From Antedon mediterranea (Eukaryota; Animalia; Echinodermata): a DNA stretch of 64,000 nucleotides. Made by a program: the position numbers and the translations under genes. Location of the stretch: positions 27,390,288 to 27,454,287 of the forward strand of contig NC_092670.1 in the NCBI RefSeq assembly GCF_964355755.1, in the 5' to 3' direction. The notes under the pieces were generated by a model that had not been told where the DNA came from, did not search any database, and worked only from the letters and a program-made list of their open reading frames with translations. Shown piece after piece: positions 37,903 through 53,600 of this stretch (position 1 is the first letter of the stretch; every line of letters begins with the position of its first letter).

Positions 37903-40900
37903 ATAATAGCTTCAAATCGCATTTGGAGACATTTTAGACCATTTTGTGATTTTCGAAAAAACTTGTTAACATAATAACACAAAAGTGCTTAGAATAGCTT
38001 CAATTCACATTTGGAGACGTTTTACACCATTTTGTGATTTTCGAAAAAAATTGTTAACATAAAAACACCAAAGTGCTTAGAATAGCTTCAAATCGCATTT
38101 GGAGACGTTTTAGACCATTTTGTGATTTTCGAAAAAACTTGTTACCATAAAAACACAAATGTGCTTAGAATAGCTTAAAATCGCATTTGGAGACGTTTTA
38201 GACCATTTTGTGATTTTCGAAATAACTTGTTAACATAAAAACACCAAAGTGCTAAGAATAGCTTGAAATCGCATTTGGAGACATTTTAGACCATTTTGTG
38301 ATTTTCGAAAAAACTCGTTGACATAAAAACACCAAAGTGCTTAGAATTGCTTCAAATCATATTTGGAGACGTTTTAGACCATTTTGTGATTTTCTAAAAA
38401 AGTTGTTAACATAAAAACATCAAAGTGCTTAAAATCACATTAGAAACCGTTTTAGACCATTTTGAGCATTTCGATTAAACTTTTCACACAAAAACATCAA
38501 AGAGCACAAAATAGCTTAATATCGTATTTAAAAACGTTTTTGACCATTTTGAGCATTTCGACAAAAATTATTCACACAAAACAGCAAAGTATACAGAATA
38601 GCTTTAAATCGCATTTGGAGACGTTTTAGACCATTTTGTGATTTTCGAAATAACTTGTTAACATAAAAACACCAAAGTGCTAAGAATAGCTTGAAATCGC
38701 ATTTGGAGACATTTTAGACCATTTTGTGATTTTCGAAAAAAACTCGTTAACATAAAAACACCAAAGTGCTTAGAATAGCCTAAAATCGCATTTGGAGACG
38801 GTTTATACCATTTTGTGATTTTCGAAAAAACTTGTTAACATAAAAACACCAAAGTGCTTAGAATAGCTTCAAATCGCATTTGGAGACGTTTTAGACCATT
38901 TAGTGATTTTCGAAATAACTTGTTAACATAAAACACCAAAGTGCTAAGAAGAGCTTGAAATCGCATTTGGAGACATTTTAGACCATTTTGTGATTTTCGA
39001 AAAAACTCGTTACCATAAAAACACCAAAGTGCTTAGAATTGCTTCAAATAGCATTTGGAGACGTTTTAGACCATTTTGTGATTTTCTAAAAAAGTTGTTA
39101 ACATAAAAACATCAAAGTGCTTAAAATCACATTAGAAACCGTTTTAGACCATTTTGAGCATTTCGATAAAACTTTTCACACAAAAACATCAAAGAGCACA
39201 AAATAGCTTAATATAGTATTTAAATACGTTTTTGACCATTTTGAGCATTTCGACAAAAATTATTCACACAAAACACCAAAGTGCTAAGAATAGCTTAAAA
39301 TCGCATTTGGAGACATTTTAGACCTTTTTGTGATTTTCGAAAAAACTTGTTAACATAAAAACACCAAAGTGCTTAGAATAGCTTCAAATCGCATTTGGAG
39401 ACGTTTTAGACCATCTTGTGATTTTCGAAAAAACTTGTTAACATAAAAACACAAAAGTGCTTAGAATAGCTTCAAATCGCATTTGGAGACGTTTTACACC
39501 ATTTTGTGATTTTCGAAAAAACTTGTTAACATAAAAACACAAAAGTGGTTAGAATAGCTTCAAATCGCATTTTGAGACATTTTAGACCCTTTTGTGATTT
39601 TCGAAAAAACTTGGTTACACAAAAACACCAAAGTGCTTAAAATAGCTTCAAATCGCATTTGGAGCAGTTTTAGACCATTTTGTGATTTTCTAAAAAAGTT
39701 GTTAACATAAAAACATCAAAGTGCTTAAAATCACATTAGAAACCGTTTTAGACCATTTTGAGCATTTCGATAAAACTTTTCACACAAAAACATCAAAGAG
39801 AACAAAATAGCTTAATATAGTATTTAAAAACGTTTTTGACCATTTTGAGCATTTCGACAAAAATTATTCACACAAAAAAGCAAAGTGTACAGAATAGCTT
39901 CAAATCGCATTTGGAGACGTTTTAGACCATTTTGTGATTTTCGAAAAAAATTTGTTAACATAAAAACACCAAAGTGCTAAGAATAACTTAAAATCGCATT
40001 TGGAGACATTTTAGACCTTTTTGTGATTTTCGAAAAAACTTGTTAACATAAAAACACCAAAGTGCTTAGAATAGGTTCAAATCGCATTTGGAGACGTTTT
40101 AGACCATCTTGTGATTTTCGAAAAAACTTTTTAACATAAAAACACAAAAGTGCTTAGAATAGCTTCAAATCGCATTTGGAGACGTTTTACACCATTTTGT
40201 GATTTTCGAAAAAACTTGTTAACATAAAAACACAAAAGTGGTTAGAATAGCTTCAAATGGCATTTTGAGACATTTTAGACCCTTTTGTGATTTTCGAAAA
40301 AACTTGGTTACACAAAAACACCAAAGTGCTTAAAATAGCTTCAAATCGCATTTGGAGCAGTTTTAGACCATTTTGTGATTTTCGAAAAAACTTGTTACCA
40401 TAAAAACACCAAAGTGCTTAGAATAGCTTAAAATCGCATTTGGAGACGTTTTAGACCATCTTGTGATTTTAACATAAAAACATCAAAGTGCTTAGAATAG
40501 CTTCAAATCGCATTTGGAGACGTTTTAGACCATTTTGTGATTTTCGAAAAAAACTTGTTAACATAAAAACATCAAAGTGCTTAAAATCACATTAAAAACC
40601 GTTTTAGACCATTTTGAGCATTTCGCTAAAACTTTTCACACAAAAACATCGAAGAGCACAAAATAGCTTAATATCGTATTTAAAAACGTTTTTGACCATT
40701 TTGAGCATTTCGACAAAAAATTTTCACACAAAACAGCAAAGTGTACAGAATAGCTTCAAATCGCATTTGGAGACGTTTTATACCATTTTGTGATTTTCGA
40801 AAAAACTTGCTAACATAAAAACACCAAAGTGCTTAGAATAGCTTCAAATCGCATTTGGAGACGTTTTAGACCATTTTGTGATTTTCGAAATAACTTGTTA

Positions 40901-43900
40901 ACATAAAACACCAAAGTGCTAAGAATAGCTTGAAATCGCATTTGGAGACATTTTAGACCATTTTGTGATATTCGAAAAAACTCGTTACCATAAAAACACC
41001 AAAGTGCTTAGAATTGCTTCAAATCGTATTTGGAGACGTTTTAGACCATTTTGTGATTTTCGAAAAAAACTTGTTAACATAAAAACATCAAAGTGCTAAG
41101 AATAACTTCAAATCGCATTTGGAGACATTTTAGACCTTTTTGTGATTTTCGAAAAAACTTGTTAACATAAAAACACCAAAGTGCTTAGAATAGGTTCAAA
41201 TCGCATTTGGAGACGTTTTAGACCATCTTGTGATTTTCGAAAAAACTTTTTAACATAAAAACACAAAAGTGCTTAGAATAGCTTCAAATCGCATTTGGAG
41301 ACGTTTTACACCATTTTGTGATTTTCGAAAAAACTTGTTAACATAAAAACACAAAAGTGGTTAGAATAGCTTCAAATGGCATTTTGAGACATTTTAGACC
41401 CTTTTGTGATTTTCGAAAAAACTTGGTTACACAAAAACACCAAAGTGCTTAAAATAGCTTCAAATCGCATTTGGAGCAGTTTTAGACCATTTTGTGATTT
41501 TCGAAAAAACTTGTTACCATAAAAACACCAAAGTGCTTAGAATAGCTTAAAATTGCATTTGGAGACGTTTTAAACCATCTTGTGATTTTAACATAAAAAC
41601 ATCAAAGTGCTTAGAATAGCTTCAAATCGCATTTGGAGACGTTTTAGACCATTTTGTGATTTTCGAAAAAAACTTGTTAACATAAAAACATCAAAGTGCT
41701 TAAAATCACATTAAAAACCGTTTTAGACCATTTTGAGCATTTCGCTAAAACTTTTCACACAAAAACATCGAAGAGCACAAAATAGCTTAATATCGTATTT
41801 AAAAACGTTTTTGACCATTTTGAGCATTTCGACAAAAAATTTTCACACAAAACAGCAAAGTGTACAGAATAGCTTCAAATCGCATTTGGAGACGTTTTAT
41901 ACCATTTTGTGATTTTCGAAAAAACTTGCTAACATAAAAAAACCAAAGTGCTTAGAATAGCTTCAAATCGCATTTGGAGACGTTTTAGACCATTTTGTGA
42001 TTTTCGAAATAACTTGTTAACATAAAACACCAAAGTGCTAAGAATAGCTTGAAATCGCATTTGGAGACATTTTACACCATTTTGTGATATTCGAAAAAAC
42101 TCGTTACCATAAAAACACCAAAGTGCTTAGAATTGCTTCAAATCGTATTTGGAGACGTTTTAGACCATTTTGTGATTTTCGAAAAAAACTTGTTAACATA
42201 AAAACATCAAAGTGCTTAAAATCACATTAAAAACCGTTTTAGACCATTTTGAGCATTTCGATAAAACTTTTCACACAAAAACATCAAAGAGCAGAAAATA
42301 GCTTCAAATCGCATTTGGAGACGTTTTAGACCATTTTGTGATTTTCGAAATAACTTGTTAACATAAAACACCAAAGTGCTAAGAATAGCTTGAAATCGCA
42401 TTTGGAGACATTTTAGACCATTTTGTGATTTTCGAAAAAACTCGTTACCATAAAAACACTAAAATCGCATTTGGAGACGTTTTAGACCATCTTGTGATTT
42501 TAACATAAAAACATCAAAGTGCTTAGAATAGCTTCAAATCGCATTTGGAGACGTTTTAGACCATTTTGTGATTTTCGAAAAAAACTTGTTAACATAAAAA
42601 CATCAAAGTGCTTAAAATCACATTAAAAACCGTTTTAGACCATTTTGAGCATTTCGCTAAAACTTTTCACACAAAAACATCGAAGAGCACAAAATAGCTT
42701 AATATCGTATTTAAAAACGTTTTTGACCATTTTGAGCATTTCGACAAAAAATTTTCACACAAAACAGCAAAGTGTACAGAATAGCTTCAAATCGCATTTG
42801 GAGACGTTTTATACCATTTTGTGATTTTCGAAAAAACTTGCTAACATAAAAACACCAAAGTGCTTAGAATAGCTTCAAATCGCATTTGGAGACGTTTTAG
42901 ACCATTTTGTGATTTTCGAAATAACTTGTTAACATAAAACACCAAAGTGCTAAGAATAGCTTGAAATCGCATTTGGAGACATTTTAGACCATTTTGTGAT
43001 ATTCGAAAAAACTCGTTACCATAAAAACACCAAAGTGCTTAGAATTGCTTCAAATCGTATTTGGAGACGTTTTAGACCATTTTGTGATTTTCGAAAAAAA
43101 CTTGTTAACATAAAAACATCAAAGTGCTTAAAATCACATTAAAAACCGTTTTAGACCATTTTGAGCATTTCGATAAAACTTTTCACACAAAAACATCAAA
43201 GAGCAGAAAATAGCTTCAAATCGCATTTGGAGACGTTTTAGACCATTTTGTGATTTTCGAAATAACTTGTTAACATAAAACACCAAAGTGCTAAGAATAG
43301 CTTGAAATCGCATTTGGAGACATTTTAGACCATTTTGTGATTTTCGAAAAAACTCGTTACCATAAAAACACTAAAATCGCATTTGGAGACGTTTTAGACC
43401 ATCTTGTGATTTTAACATAAAAACATCAAAGTGCTTAGAATAGCTTCAAATCGCATTTGGAGACGTTTTAGACCATTTTGTGATTTTCGAAAAAAACTTG
43501 TTAACATAAAAACATCAAAGTGCTTAAAATCACATTAAAAACCGTTTTAGACCATTTTGAGCATTTCGCTAAAACTTTTCACACAAAAACATCGAAGAGC
43601 ACAAAATAGCTTAATATCGTATTTAAAAACGTTTTTGACCATTTTGAGCATTTCGACAAAAAATTTTCACACAAAACAGCAAAGTGTACAGAATAGCTTC
43701 AAATCGCATTTGGAGACGTTTTATACCATTTTGTGATTTTCGAAAAAACTTGCTAACATAAAAACACCAAAGTGCTTAGAATAGCTTCAAATCGCATTTG
43801 GAGACGTTTTAGACCATTTTGTGATTTTCAAAATAACTTGTTAACATAAAACACCAAAGTGCTAAGAATAGCTTGAAATCGCATTTGGAGACATTTTAGA

Positions 43901-46287
43901 CCATTTTGTGATATTCGAAAAAACTCGTTACCATAAAAACACCAAAGTGCTTAGAATTGCTTCAAATCGTATTTGGAGACGTTTTAGACCATTTTGTGAT
44001 TTTCGAAAAAAACTTGTTAACATAAAAACATCAAAGTGCTTAAAATCACATTAAAAACCGTTTTAGACCATTTTGAGCATTTCGATAAAACTTTTCACAC
44101 AAAAACATCAAAGAGCAGAAAATAGCTTCAAATCGCATTTGGAGACGTTTTAGACCATTTTGTGATTTTCGAAATAACTTGTTAACATAAAACACCAAAG
44201 TGCTAAGAATAGCTTGAAATCGCATTTGGAGACATTTTAGACCATTTTGTGATTTTCGAAAAAACTCGTTACCATAAAAACACTAAAATCGCATTTGGAG
44301 ACGTTTTAGACCATCTTGTGATTTTAACATAAAAACATCAAAGTGCTTAGAATAGCTTCAAATCGCATTTGGAGACGTTTTAGACCATTTTGTGATTTTC
44401 GAAAAAACTTGTTAACATAAAAACACCAATGTGCTTAGAATAGCTTCAAATCGCATTTGGAGACGTTTTAGACCATTTTGTGATTTTCGAAAAAACTTGT
44501 TAACATAAAAACACCAAAGTGCTTATAAAAGCTTCAAATCGCATTTGGAGACATTTTAGACCATTTTGTGATTTTCGAAAAAACTTTTTAACATAAAAAC
44601 ACCAAAGTGCTTAGAATAGCTTCAAATCACATTTGGAGACGTTTTAGACCATTTTGTGATTTTCGAAAAAACTTGTTAACATTAAAACACCAAAGTGCTT
44701 AGAATAGCTTCAAATCGCATTTGGAGACGTTTTAGACCATTTTGTGATTTTCGAAAAAAACTTGTTAACATAAAAACACCAAACTGCTTAGAATAGCTTA
44801 AAATAGCATTTGGAGACGTTTTAGACCATTTTGTGATTTTCGAAAAAACTTATTAACATAAAAACACCAAAGTGCTAAGAATAGCTTCAAATCGCATTTG
44901 GAGACATTTTAGACCTTTTTGTGATTTTCGAAAAAACTTGTTAACATAAAAACACCAAAGTGCTTAGAATAGCTTCAAATCGCATTTGGAGACGTTTTAG
45001 ACCATCTTGTGATTTTCGAAAAAACTTGTTACCATAAAAACACAAAAGTGCTTAGAATAGCTTCAAATCGCAATTGGAGACGTTTTACACCATTTTGTGA
45101 TTTTCGAAAAAACTTGTTAACATAAAAACACCAAAGTGCTAAGAATAGCTTCAAATCGCATTTGGAGACGTTTTAGACCATTTTGTGATTTTCGAAAAAA
45201 CTTGTTAACATAAAAACACCAAATTGCTTAGAATAGCTTAAAATCGCATTTGGAGACGTTTTATACCATTTTGTGATTTTCGAAAAAACTTGTTAACATA
45301 AAAACACCAAATTGCTTAGAATAGCTTAAAATAGCATTTGGAGACGTTTTAGACCATTTTGTGATTTTCGAAAAAACTTGTTAACATAAAAACACCAAAG
45401 TGCTTAGAATAGCTTCAAATCGCAATTGGAGACGTTTTACACCATTTTGTGATTTTCGAAAAAACTTGTTAACATAAAAACACCAAAGTGCTAAGATTAG
45501 CTTCAAATCGCATTTGGAGACGTTTTAGACCATTTTGTGATTTTCGAAAAAACTTGTTAACATAAAAACACCAAATTGCTTAGAATAGCTTAAAATAGCA
45601 TTTGGAGACGTTTAAGACCATTTTGTGATTTTCGAAAAAACTTATTAACATAAAAACACCAAAGTGCTAAGAATAGCTTCAAATCGCATTTGGAGACATT
45701 TTAGACCTTTTTGTGATTTTCGAAAAAACTTGTTAACATAAAAACACCAAAGTGCTTAGAATAGCTTCAAATCGCATTTGGAGACGTTTTAGACCATTTT
45801 GTGATTTTCGATAAAACTTGTTAACATAAAAACACCAAATTGCTTAGAATAGCTTAAAATCGCATTTGGAGACGTTTTATACCATTTTGTGATTTTCGAA
45901 AAAACTTGTTAACATAAAAACACCAAAGTGCTTAGAATAGCTTCAAATCGCATTTGGAGACGTTTTAGACCATTTTGTGATTTTCGAAATAACTTGTTAA
46001 CATAAAAACACCAAAGTGCTAAGAATAGCTTGAAATCGCATTTGGAGACGTTTTAGACCATTTTGTGATTTTCGAAAAAAACTCGTTACCATAAAAACAC
46101 CAATGTGCTTAGAATTGCTTCAAATCGCATTTGGAGACGTTTTAGACCATTTTGTGATTTTCTAAAAAAGTTGTTAACATAAAAACATCAAAGTGCTTAA
46201 AATCACATTAGAAACCGTTTTAGACCATTTTGAGCATTTCGATAAAACTTTTCACACAAAAACATCAAAGAGCACAAAATAGCTTAA

Positions 46288-47415
46288 AATGGACCTGAAA
46301 TGGATTTTCGATTTTTTTCATTTTAGAATGATGTTTTGGGGGCTATTAGGTGTTGTTAGAATGTATATTGTTACAAAATATAAATTGGCCCTTTTGGGGA
46401 AAGCCCCATTTGAAAATCAAAAAATTTCGCGGGTGACGTCACTTTGCGAATATATTCCTATCCCTCCAATGGACAATTTGCAGTTTTTTGGCTATAGCTC
46501 TTGAAATCTATTGAGTATTTTCTAAAAAATGCTTGTGCATTTGCAGAAGCGTATTTAGAATTTGTTTAGATAAAATTATTACCGTATAAACGGTTATTCA
46601 TCGAGTAAATGACGATTTAAAATCTTAAAATCAACGGTTTTTTTCTGGCAATACCGAAGTTGGCCTGGCAACGTTGTCCGGGATACAGCTCCGTGCGCAA
46701 TGATGCGTATCCATATTTTCCGTTCGTGTATTTTGTATATCGTTCGTAATTTATACTGCTAAAATGTGTTGGTTTCTTTAGTTTTTAGTTTAGCAGAATT
46801 AAATTAGTAATATGAGATGATAATTTATTTGTCACGAATCAGGCAGTTCGAAAACGAATTTTATTCATATTTTACTTTGGCTTGACAATGAGCGCAGCAA
46901 GTTGTTGATATCGCTTAGGTCCTTGCATGCACATGAAACGGAGCCTCGCCGCATGATGTGGGTGGTGGATCGACTCCGCGCGCTGGATTGGGAGCCTAGG
47001 CCTAGTAAAGGTTTGGGAGGTAGGCCTTCTAAGTTCGGGTTTTATAACAAACGAAGTACATTTAGGGACCTATATTTCAACAACATTAGATATTGAATAA
47101 ATTAGTATTAGTGTCAACGCTTCGCGTATCTTTCCAGGCCGTCAATCATTCACTCACTATCGGGCGGCATACACGCTCTCGATATCATCGTGTGTATATG
47201 TGACGTCGTGAATATAGAGGCTTCCGACGGCCGTTGAAATAGAATATTGCAATGGCATTAGTAATTTTCGCTAATTTACCATGGTATCTTAAAATTTCGT
47301 TTTTACTCAAAATAATATACATTTTGTTTTTATTTGTATGGGTTTGTGTTAATTTGATACATTTAAATAACATGTGTGAATTTCTTGAAAATCGAAATTC
47401 CATTTCAGGTCCATT
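46288..47415. mobile_element. Kolobok-like non-autonomous DNA transposon (TTAA TSD, 28-bp TIR)
   Basis: TTAA at 46284-46287 and 47416-47419. TIR AATGGACCTGAAATGGA(T/A)TTTCGATTTT. Termini are RR..YY rather than the CCC..GGG of piggyBac. Confidence 0.85.
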
Positions 47416-50400
47416 TTAATATAGTATTTAAAAACGTTTTTGACCATTTTGAGCATTTCGACAAAAATTATTCACACAAAACAGCAAAGTGTACAGAATA
47501 GCTTCAAATCGCATTTGGAGACGTTTTAGACCATTTTGTGATTTCCCAAAAAACTTGTTAACATAAAAACACCAAAGTGCTAAGAATAGCTTCAAATCGC
47601 ATTTGGAGACATTTTAGACCTTTTTGTGATTTTTGAAAAAACTTGTTAACATAAAAACACCAAAGTGCTTAGAATAGCTTCAAATCGCATTTGGAGACGT
47701 TTTAGACCATTTTGTGATTTTCGAAAAAACTTGTTAACATAAAAACCCCAAAGTGCTTAGAATAGCTTCAAATCGCATTTGGAGACGTTTTAGACCACTT
47801 TGTGATTTTCTAAAAAACTTGTTATTAACATAAAAACATCAAAGTGTACAGAATAGCTTCAAATCGCATTTGGAGACCTTTTAGACCATTTTGTGATTTT
47901 GGAAAAAACTTGTTAACATAAAAACACAAAAGTGCTAAGAATAGCTTCAAATCGCATTTGGAGACGTTTTAGACCATTTTGTGATTTTCGAAAAAACTTG
48001 TTAACATAAAAACACCAAATTGCTTAGAATAGCTTAAAATCGCATTTGGAGACGTTTTATACCATTTTGTGATTTTCGAAAAAACTTGTTAACATAAAAA
48101 CACCAAAGTGCTTAGAATAGCTTCAAATCGCATTTGGAGACGTTTTAGACCATTTTGTGATTTTTGAAATAACTTGTTAACATAAAAACACCAAAGTGCT
48201 TAGAATAGCTTCAAATCGCATTTGGAGACGTTTTAGACCATTTTGTGATTTTCGAAAAAACTTGTTAACATAAAAACACAAAATTGCTTAGAATAGCTTC
48301 AAATCGCATTTGGAGACGTTTTACACCATTTTGTAATTTTCGAAAAAACTTGTTAACATAAAAACACCAAAGTGCTTAGAATAGCTTCAAATCGCATTTG
48401 GAGACGTTTTAGACCATTTTGTGATTTTAGAAAAAACTTCTTAACATAAAAACACCAAATTGCTTAGAATAGCTTAAAATCGCATTTGGAGACATTTTAG
48501 ACCTTTTTGTGATTTTCGAAAAAACTTGTTAACATAAAAACACCAACAAAGTGCTTAGAATAGCTTCAAATCGCATTTGGAGACGTTTTAGACCATTTTG
48601 TGATTTTCGAAAAAACTTATTAACATAAAAACACAAAAGTGCTTAGAATAGCTTCAAATCGCATTCGGAGACGTTTTACACCATTTTGTGATTTTCGAAA
48701 AAACTTGTTAACATAAAAACACCAAAGTGCTTAGAATAGCTTCAAATCGCATTTGGAGACGTTTTAGACCACTTTGTGATTTTCGAAAAAACTTGTTAAC
48801 ATAAAAACATCAAAGTGTACAGAATAGCTTCAAATCGCATTTGGAGACGTTTTAGACCATTTTATGATTTTCTAAAAAACTTGTTAACATAAAAACACAA
48901 AAGTGCTAAGAATAGCTTCAAATCGCATTTGGAGACGTTTTAGACCATTTTGTGATTTTCGAAAAAACTTGTTAACATAAAAACACCAAATTGCTTAGAA
49001 TAGCTTAAAATCGCATTTGGTGACGTTTTAGACCATTTTGTCATTTTCGAAAAAACTTGTTAACATAAAAACACCAAAGTGCTTAGAATAGCTTCAATTC
49101 GCATTTTGAGACGTTTTAGACCATTTTGTGATTTTCGAAAAAACTTGTAAACATAAAAACACCAAAGTGCTTAGAAAAGCTTAAAATCGCATTTGGAGAC
49201 ATTTTAGACCATTTTGTGATTTTCGAAAAAACTTGTTAACATAAAAACACAAAAGTACTTAGAATAGCTTCAAATCGCATTTGGAGACGTTTTAGACCAT
49301 TTTGTGATTTTCGAAAAAACTGTTAACATAAAAAGACCAAATTGCTTAGAATAGCTTAAAATCGCATTTGGAGACGTTTTATACCATTTTGTGATTTTCG
49401 AAAAAACTTGTTAACATAAAAACACCAAAGTGCTTAGAATAGCTTCAAATCGCATTTGAAGACGTTTTAGACCATTTTGTGATTTTCGAAAAAACTTGTT
49501 AACATAAAAACACCAAATTGCTTAGAATAGCTTAAAATCGCATTTGGAGACGTTTTAGACCATTTTGTCATTTTCGAAAAAACTTGTTAACATAAAAACA
49601 CCAAAGTGCTTAGAATAGCTTCAATTCGCATTTTGAGACGTTTTAGACCATTTTGTGATTTTCGAAAAAACTTGTAAACATAAAAACACCAAAGTGCTTA
49701 GAAAAGCTTAAAATCGCATTTGGAGACATTTTAGACCATTTTGTGATTTTCGAAAAAACTTGTTAACATAAAAACACAAAAGTACTTAGAATAGCTTCAA
49801 ATCGCATTTGGAGACGTTTTAGACCATTTTGTGATTTTCGAAAAAACTGTTAACATAAAAAGACCAAATTGCTTAGAATAGCTTAAAATCGCATTTGGAG
49901 ACGTTTTATACCATTTTGTGATTTTCGAAAAAACTTGTTAACATAAAAACACCAAAGTGCTTAGAATAGCTTCAAATCGCATTTGAAGACGTTTTAGACC
50001 ATTTTGTGATTTTCGAAAAAACTTGTTAACACAAAAACACCAAAGTGCTTAGAATAGCTTAAAATCGCATTTGGAGACGTTTTAGACCATTTTGTGATTT
50101 TCGAAATAACTTGTTAACATAAAAACACCAAAGTGTTAAGAATAGCTTGAAATCGCAATTGGAGACATTTTAGACCATTTTGTGATTTTCGAAAAAACTT
50201 GTTAACATAAAAACACCAAAGTGCTTAGAATAGCTTCAAATCGCATTTGGAGACGTTTTACACCATTTTGTGATTTTCGAAAAAACTTGTTAACACAAAA
50301 ACACCAAAGTGCTTAGAATAGCTTAAAATCGCATTTGGAGACGTTTTAGACCATTTTGTGATTTTCGAAATAACTTGTTAACATAAAAACACCAAAGTGT

Positions 50401-50659
50401 TATGAATAGCTTGAAATCGCAATTGGAGACATTTTAGACCATTTTGTGATTTTCGAAAAAACTTGTTAACATAAAAACACCAAAGTGCTTAGAATAGCTT
50501 AAAATCGCATTTGGAGACGTTTTAGACCATTTTGTGATTTTCGAAATAACTTGTTAACATAAAAACACCAAAGTGCTAAGAATAGCTTGAAATCGCATTT
50601 GGAGACGTTTTAGACCATTTTGTGATTTTCGAAATAACTTGTTAACATAAAAACACCAA

Positions 50660-53600
50660 GGCCCGTATTCATGAAAGGGGACTAACTTTAGTCCTGGATT
50701 ATCTCTGGATTTAGTCCTGGACTATTTTGAAATGGTATTCATGAAAGGGGACTAACTTTAGTCCTGGACTAAACCTGGACTAAAACCGGCAAAAGATAGT
50801 CCACCCAAGGGGTAGGTTTAAGAAAGTTAGTCCTGGACTATCTCAAGAATAGCTCGAAAAAAATGGCGGCCTGAGGTAAGGTAGGTTACAAGTGTGACAA
50901 CTTTAAAACGGTATTTAAGAAGCAAAATAATAATAATCATTTTTATTTGTATCAAATTAATAATTAAAACGTATATTTAATATAATAAAGTACTTTAGAA
51001 AGTAAAAAAATTATATTTAGTAAGTTGATTTAGTGTGTTTAATCTAGGCCCAAAATCTAGGCCCACAGCTTTAATTCTGACAGCGCTTGCCCAGGGCGAT
51101 ATTGCCTAGCAACCACCCTATACGGCTAGTGTTAAAATGATTTTTTCTTCATTAAGCGCACATTTAACTTATTTAAAGATGTAAATCACATTATATATAA
51201 TCTTAGTTTGTAATAGATTTTACATTATTAACATTTTTGTTTAAAATGATGTTAGAGGGATATAGCCTAGCTAGCTAGACCGCAGTCTAAAGTAAAGCCT
51301 ATTTAAGCTAGGCCTACACTTTACTAGGCCTCTCTAGACTATGCCACAAATGGTGGGCATTGCAAGGCCCTACTTCAGGTAGTCAGTAAACAGTACTCTT
51401 ATTCTATTGTAGGCATACATTGTATTACTTAGTTAGCCTTGTCTAGGCCTAGACTGGAATGAATGCAGTGTTAGGTATTTTCAAAACATTGGATCAATTT
51501 ACATAGAGCATCCTGTTGAATTAATTTTAATTTGGCATAATAAATGCAATAGGCCTAGGCTAATTAATAGTTAGTAGTAATAATAGATGTATATATTTTA
51601 ATATCATTTATTTATTTTTCTATTTGGTTTAGACAGCTGAAGAAATGTCTGGTTAATATTATATGCCTCCACTACTGTCCTAGTTACATGGAATTCTGCT
51701 GGTCAGGTAAGGTATTAATAAGATAAAAATAAAACAATTTACATACAACCTGTTGAATTAAATTTAATTTGGCATAATTCAATGTAAATAGGCCTAGGCT
51801 AGGAATAGTTTCAATATTTTTTAGATAATATAGTTTAATTTCATTTATTTTTCTATTGGTTTCGACTGCTGAACACATATCTGGTCAATATTATATGCCT
51901 CCTCCACTACCGTCCTGTTAGGCTACATGGAATGATGCTGTTGGTCATGTAAGGTAATAATATAAAGACAACTATTTAAAATGTATTAATAAATTGTCTA
52001 AAAAAATTGCATCCTGCGAACTAAAAAAATCCTGGATCCACCGCACCGCACCGCACCGCATCCACTGCATAGAATATCTAGGAAGGCCTGATTTCTGGAT
52101 ATTTTCATCATATTAAGTTAAGCAGTATTATTTATAAAAAAAATGGAGAGAGTATTGTGACAAATTATCTAGGCTTGTAAGCCTACAGTTTTTGTTGGCC
52201 AGGGAAAAAGATTGTCTATCGTCTACCGCTATTATCTGTACTGTGTTAATTAAAGTTTGGATGTAATATCATTTAACATTATTTAATTATTTTTAGATAC
52301 AATTGCTAACAAACCTGGATGGAGCGCAATAATCATGCAGAGAGAAAAGGACTACCAAAATAATTGTATATCAAGCAAGTTGTACTTGTGTAGTAATAAA
52401 TGAAAATAAGAATATCCATATAAAAACAACAAATGAAACTTTTTAAATTACTGTATTGTTTTATTCAAAAACAGTAAATAAATAAATAAAAATACCATAT
52501 TATTACTGTAGTTTTGTCAGCATGTACATTCATGTTCAGATCACAGAATTATGTTCAATTTTTATTTAGATAAATAATTTGTGACTGAAATACATATATA
52601 TATACAATTGTCATCAAAATAAATAGTTTTGTTTATACTTAAAGATGGTCATCATGTCTTGAATTATTTATGTCCGATTCTCAATTCTGCAGTCGAGCCA
52701 GTTTATACTCTGTGATAATTTTGCAATCACAGCTCCAACAATGAAAATAGTAGTATAATAACAGTATTTAAACAATGTTGATGCCTTGCTAACTTGAAAA
52801 TCTGTGTAGATAAAAAAAGAGGAAATTTACAATAAATATTGGAAATTAGTAACTGTATTATTGTTTTAAATTTTGCAGTAAATTCTTTTATATTTTCCTG
52901 TGAAATTACTTTTTAATCAATATTTCTTTTTAACATGGTTTTCTTATTTCTCTGTTTTTTGTTTGCTTTGCTATATTTATTTGTTTGTTTTATGTATTTA
53001 TATGAGGGCCCCTTGAATTATGGTCATTATGCATACTGTATGCTAGGTTCACCATTTAACAAAAAACAAATAAAACATTTGAAATAATTATATATAAAAG
53101 GTAGTGCACTATTTAAATGTGATATCTCATTGTAAATCTTATTGAACACAGATCTTCAATTAAATAATGCATGTTATTGTTATGCCTACTACCAGGAGAG
53201 ACTACCCTGGCCAGTAGCTAGTATAGTAGAAGGCAGGCTATTGCTCTACTCTAGTCTAGTAGTAGTAGGAAATAGATAGGCAAGGTTGCAGTTAGCTAGG
53301 TTAGGCCTATTTTTTTTTTATTTAATCATATTATTATTATTATGAATCAACCTATGTACTGTAACAGATCAATTAATAATAACAAATGATGAACCCATTT
53401 TTTAAAGCAAAATATAAAAAAAGGACAAAATTAGTAGTACTACTAGCTAGGCCTAGGCTAGAACTAGTAGTAGTAGCAGTAGTAGGAGTCTGCCTATAAT
53501 CCTCCTATATATAATTATAAATATAGGCCTTGTAGTTAGCTAGTTATTAGGCTAGTCTAGATCTAAAGAGTGGACAGTAGTTACTACTGGAACTAGGCCT

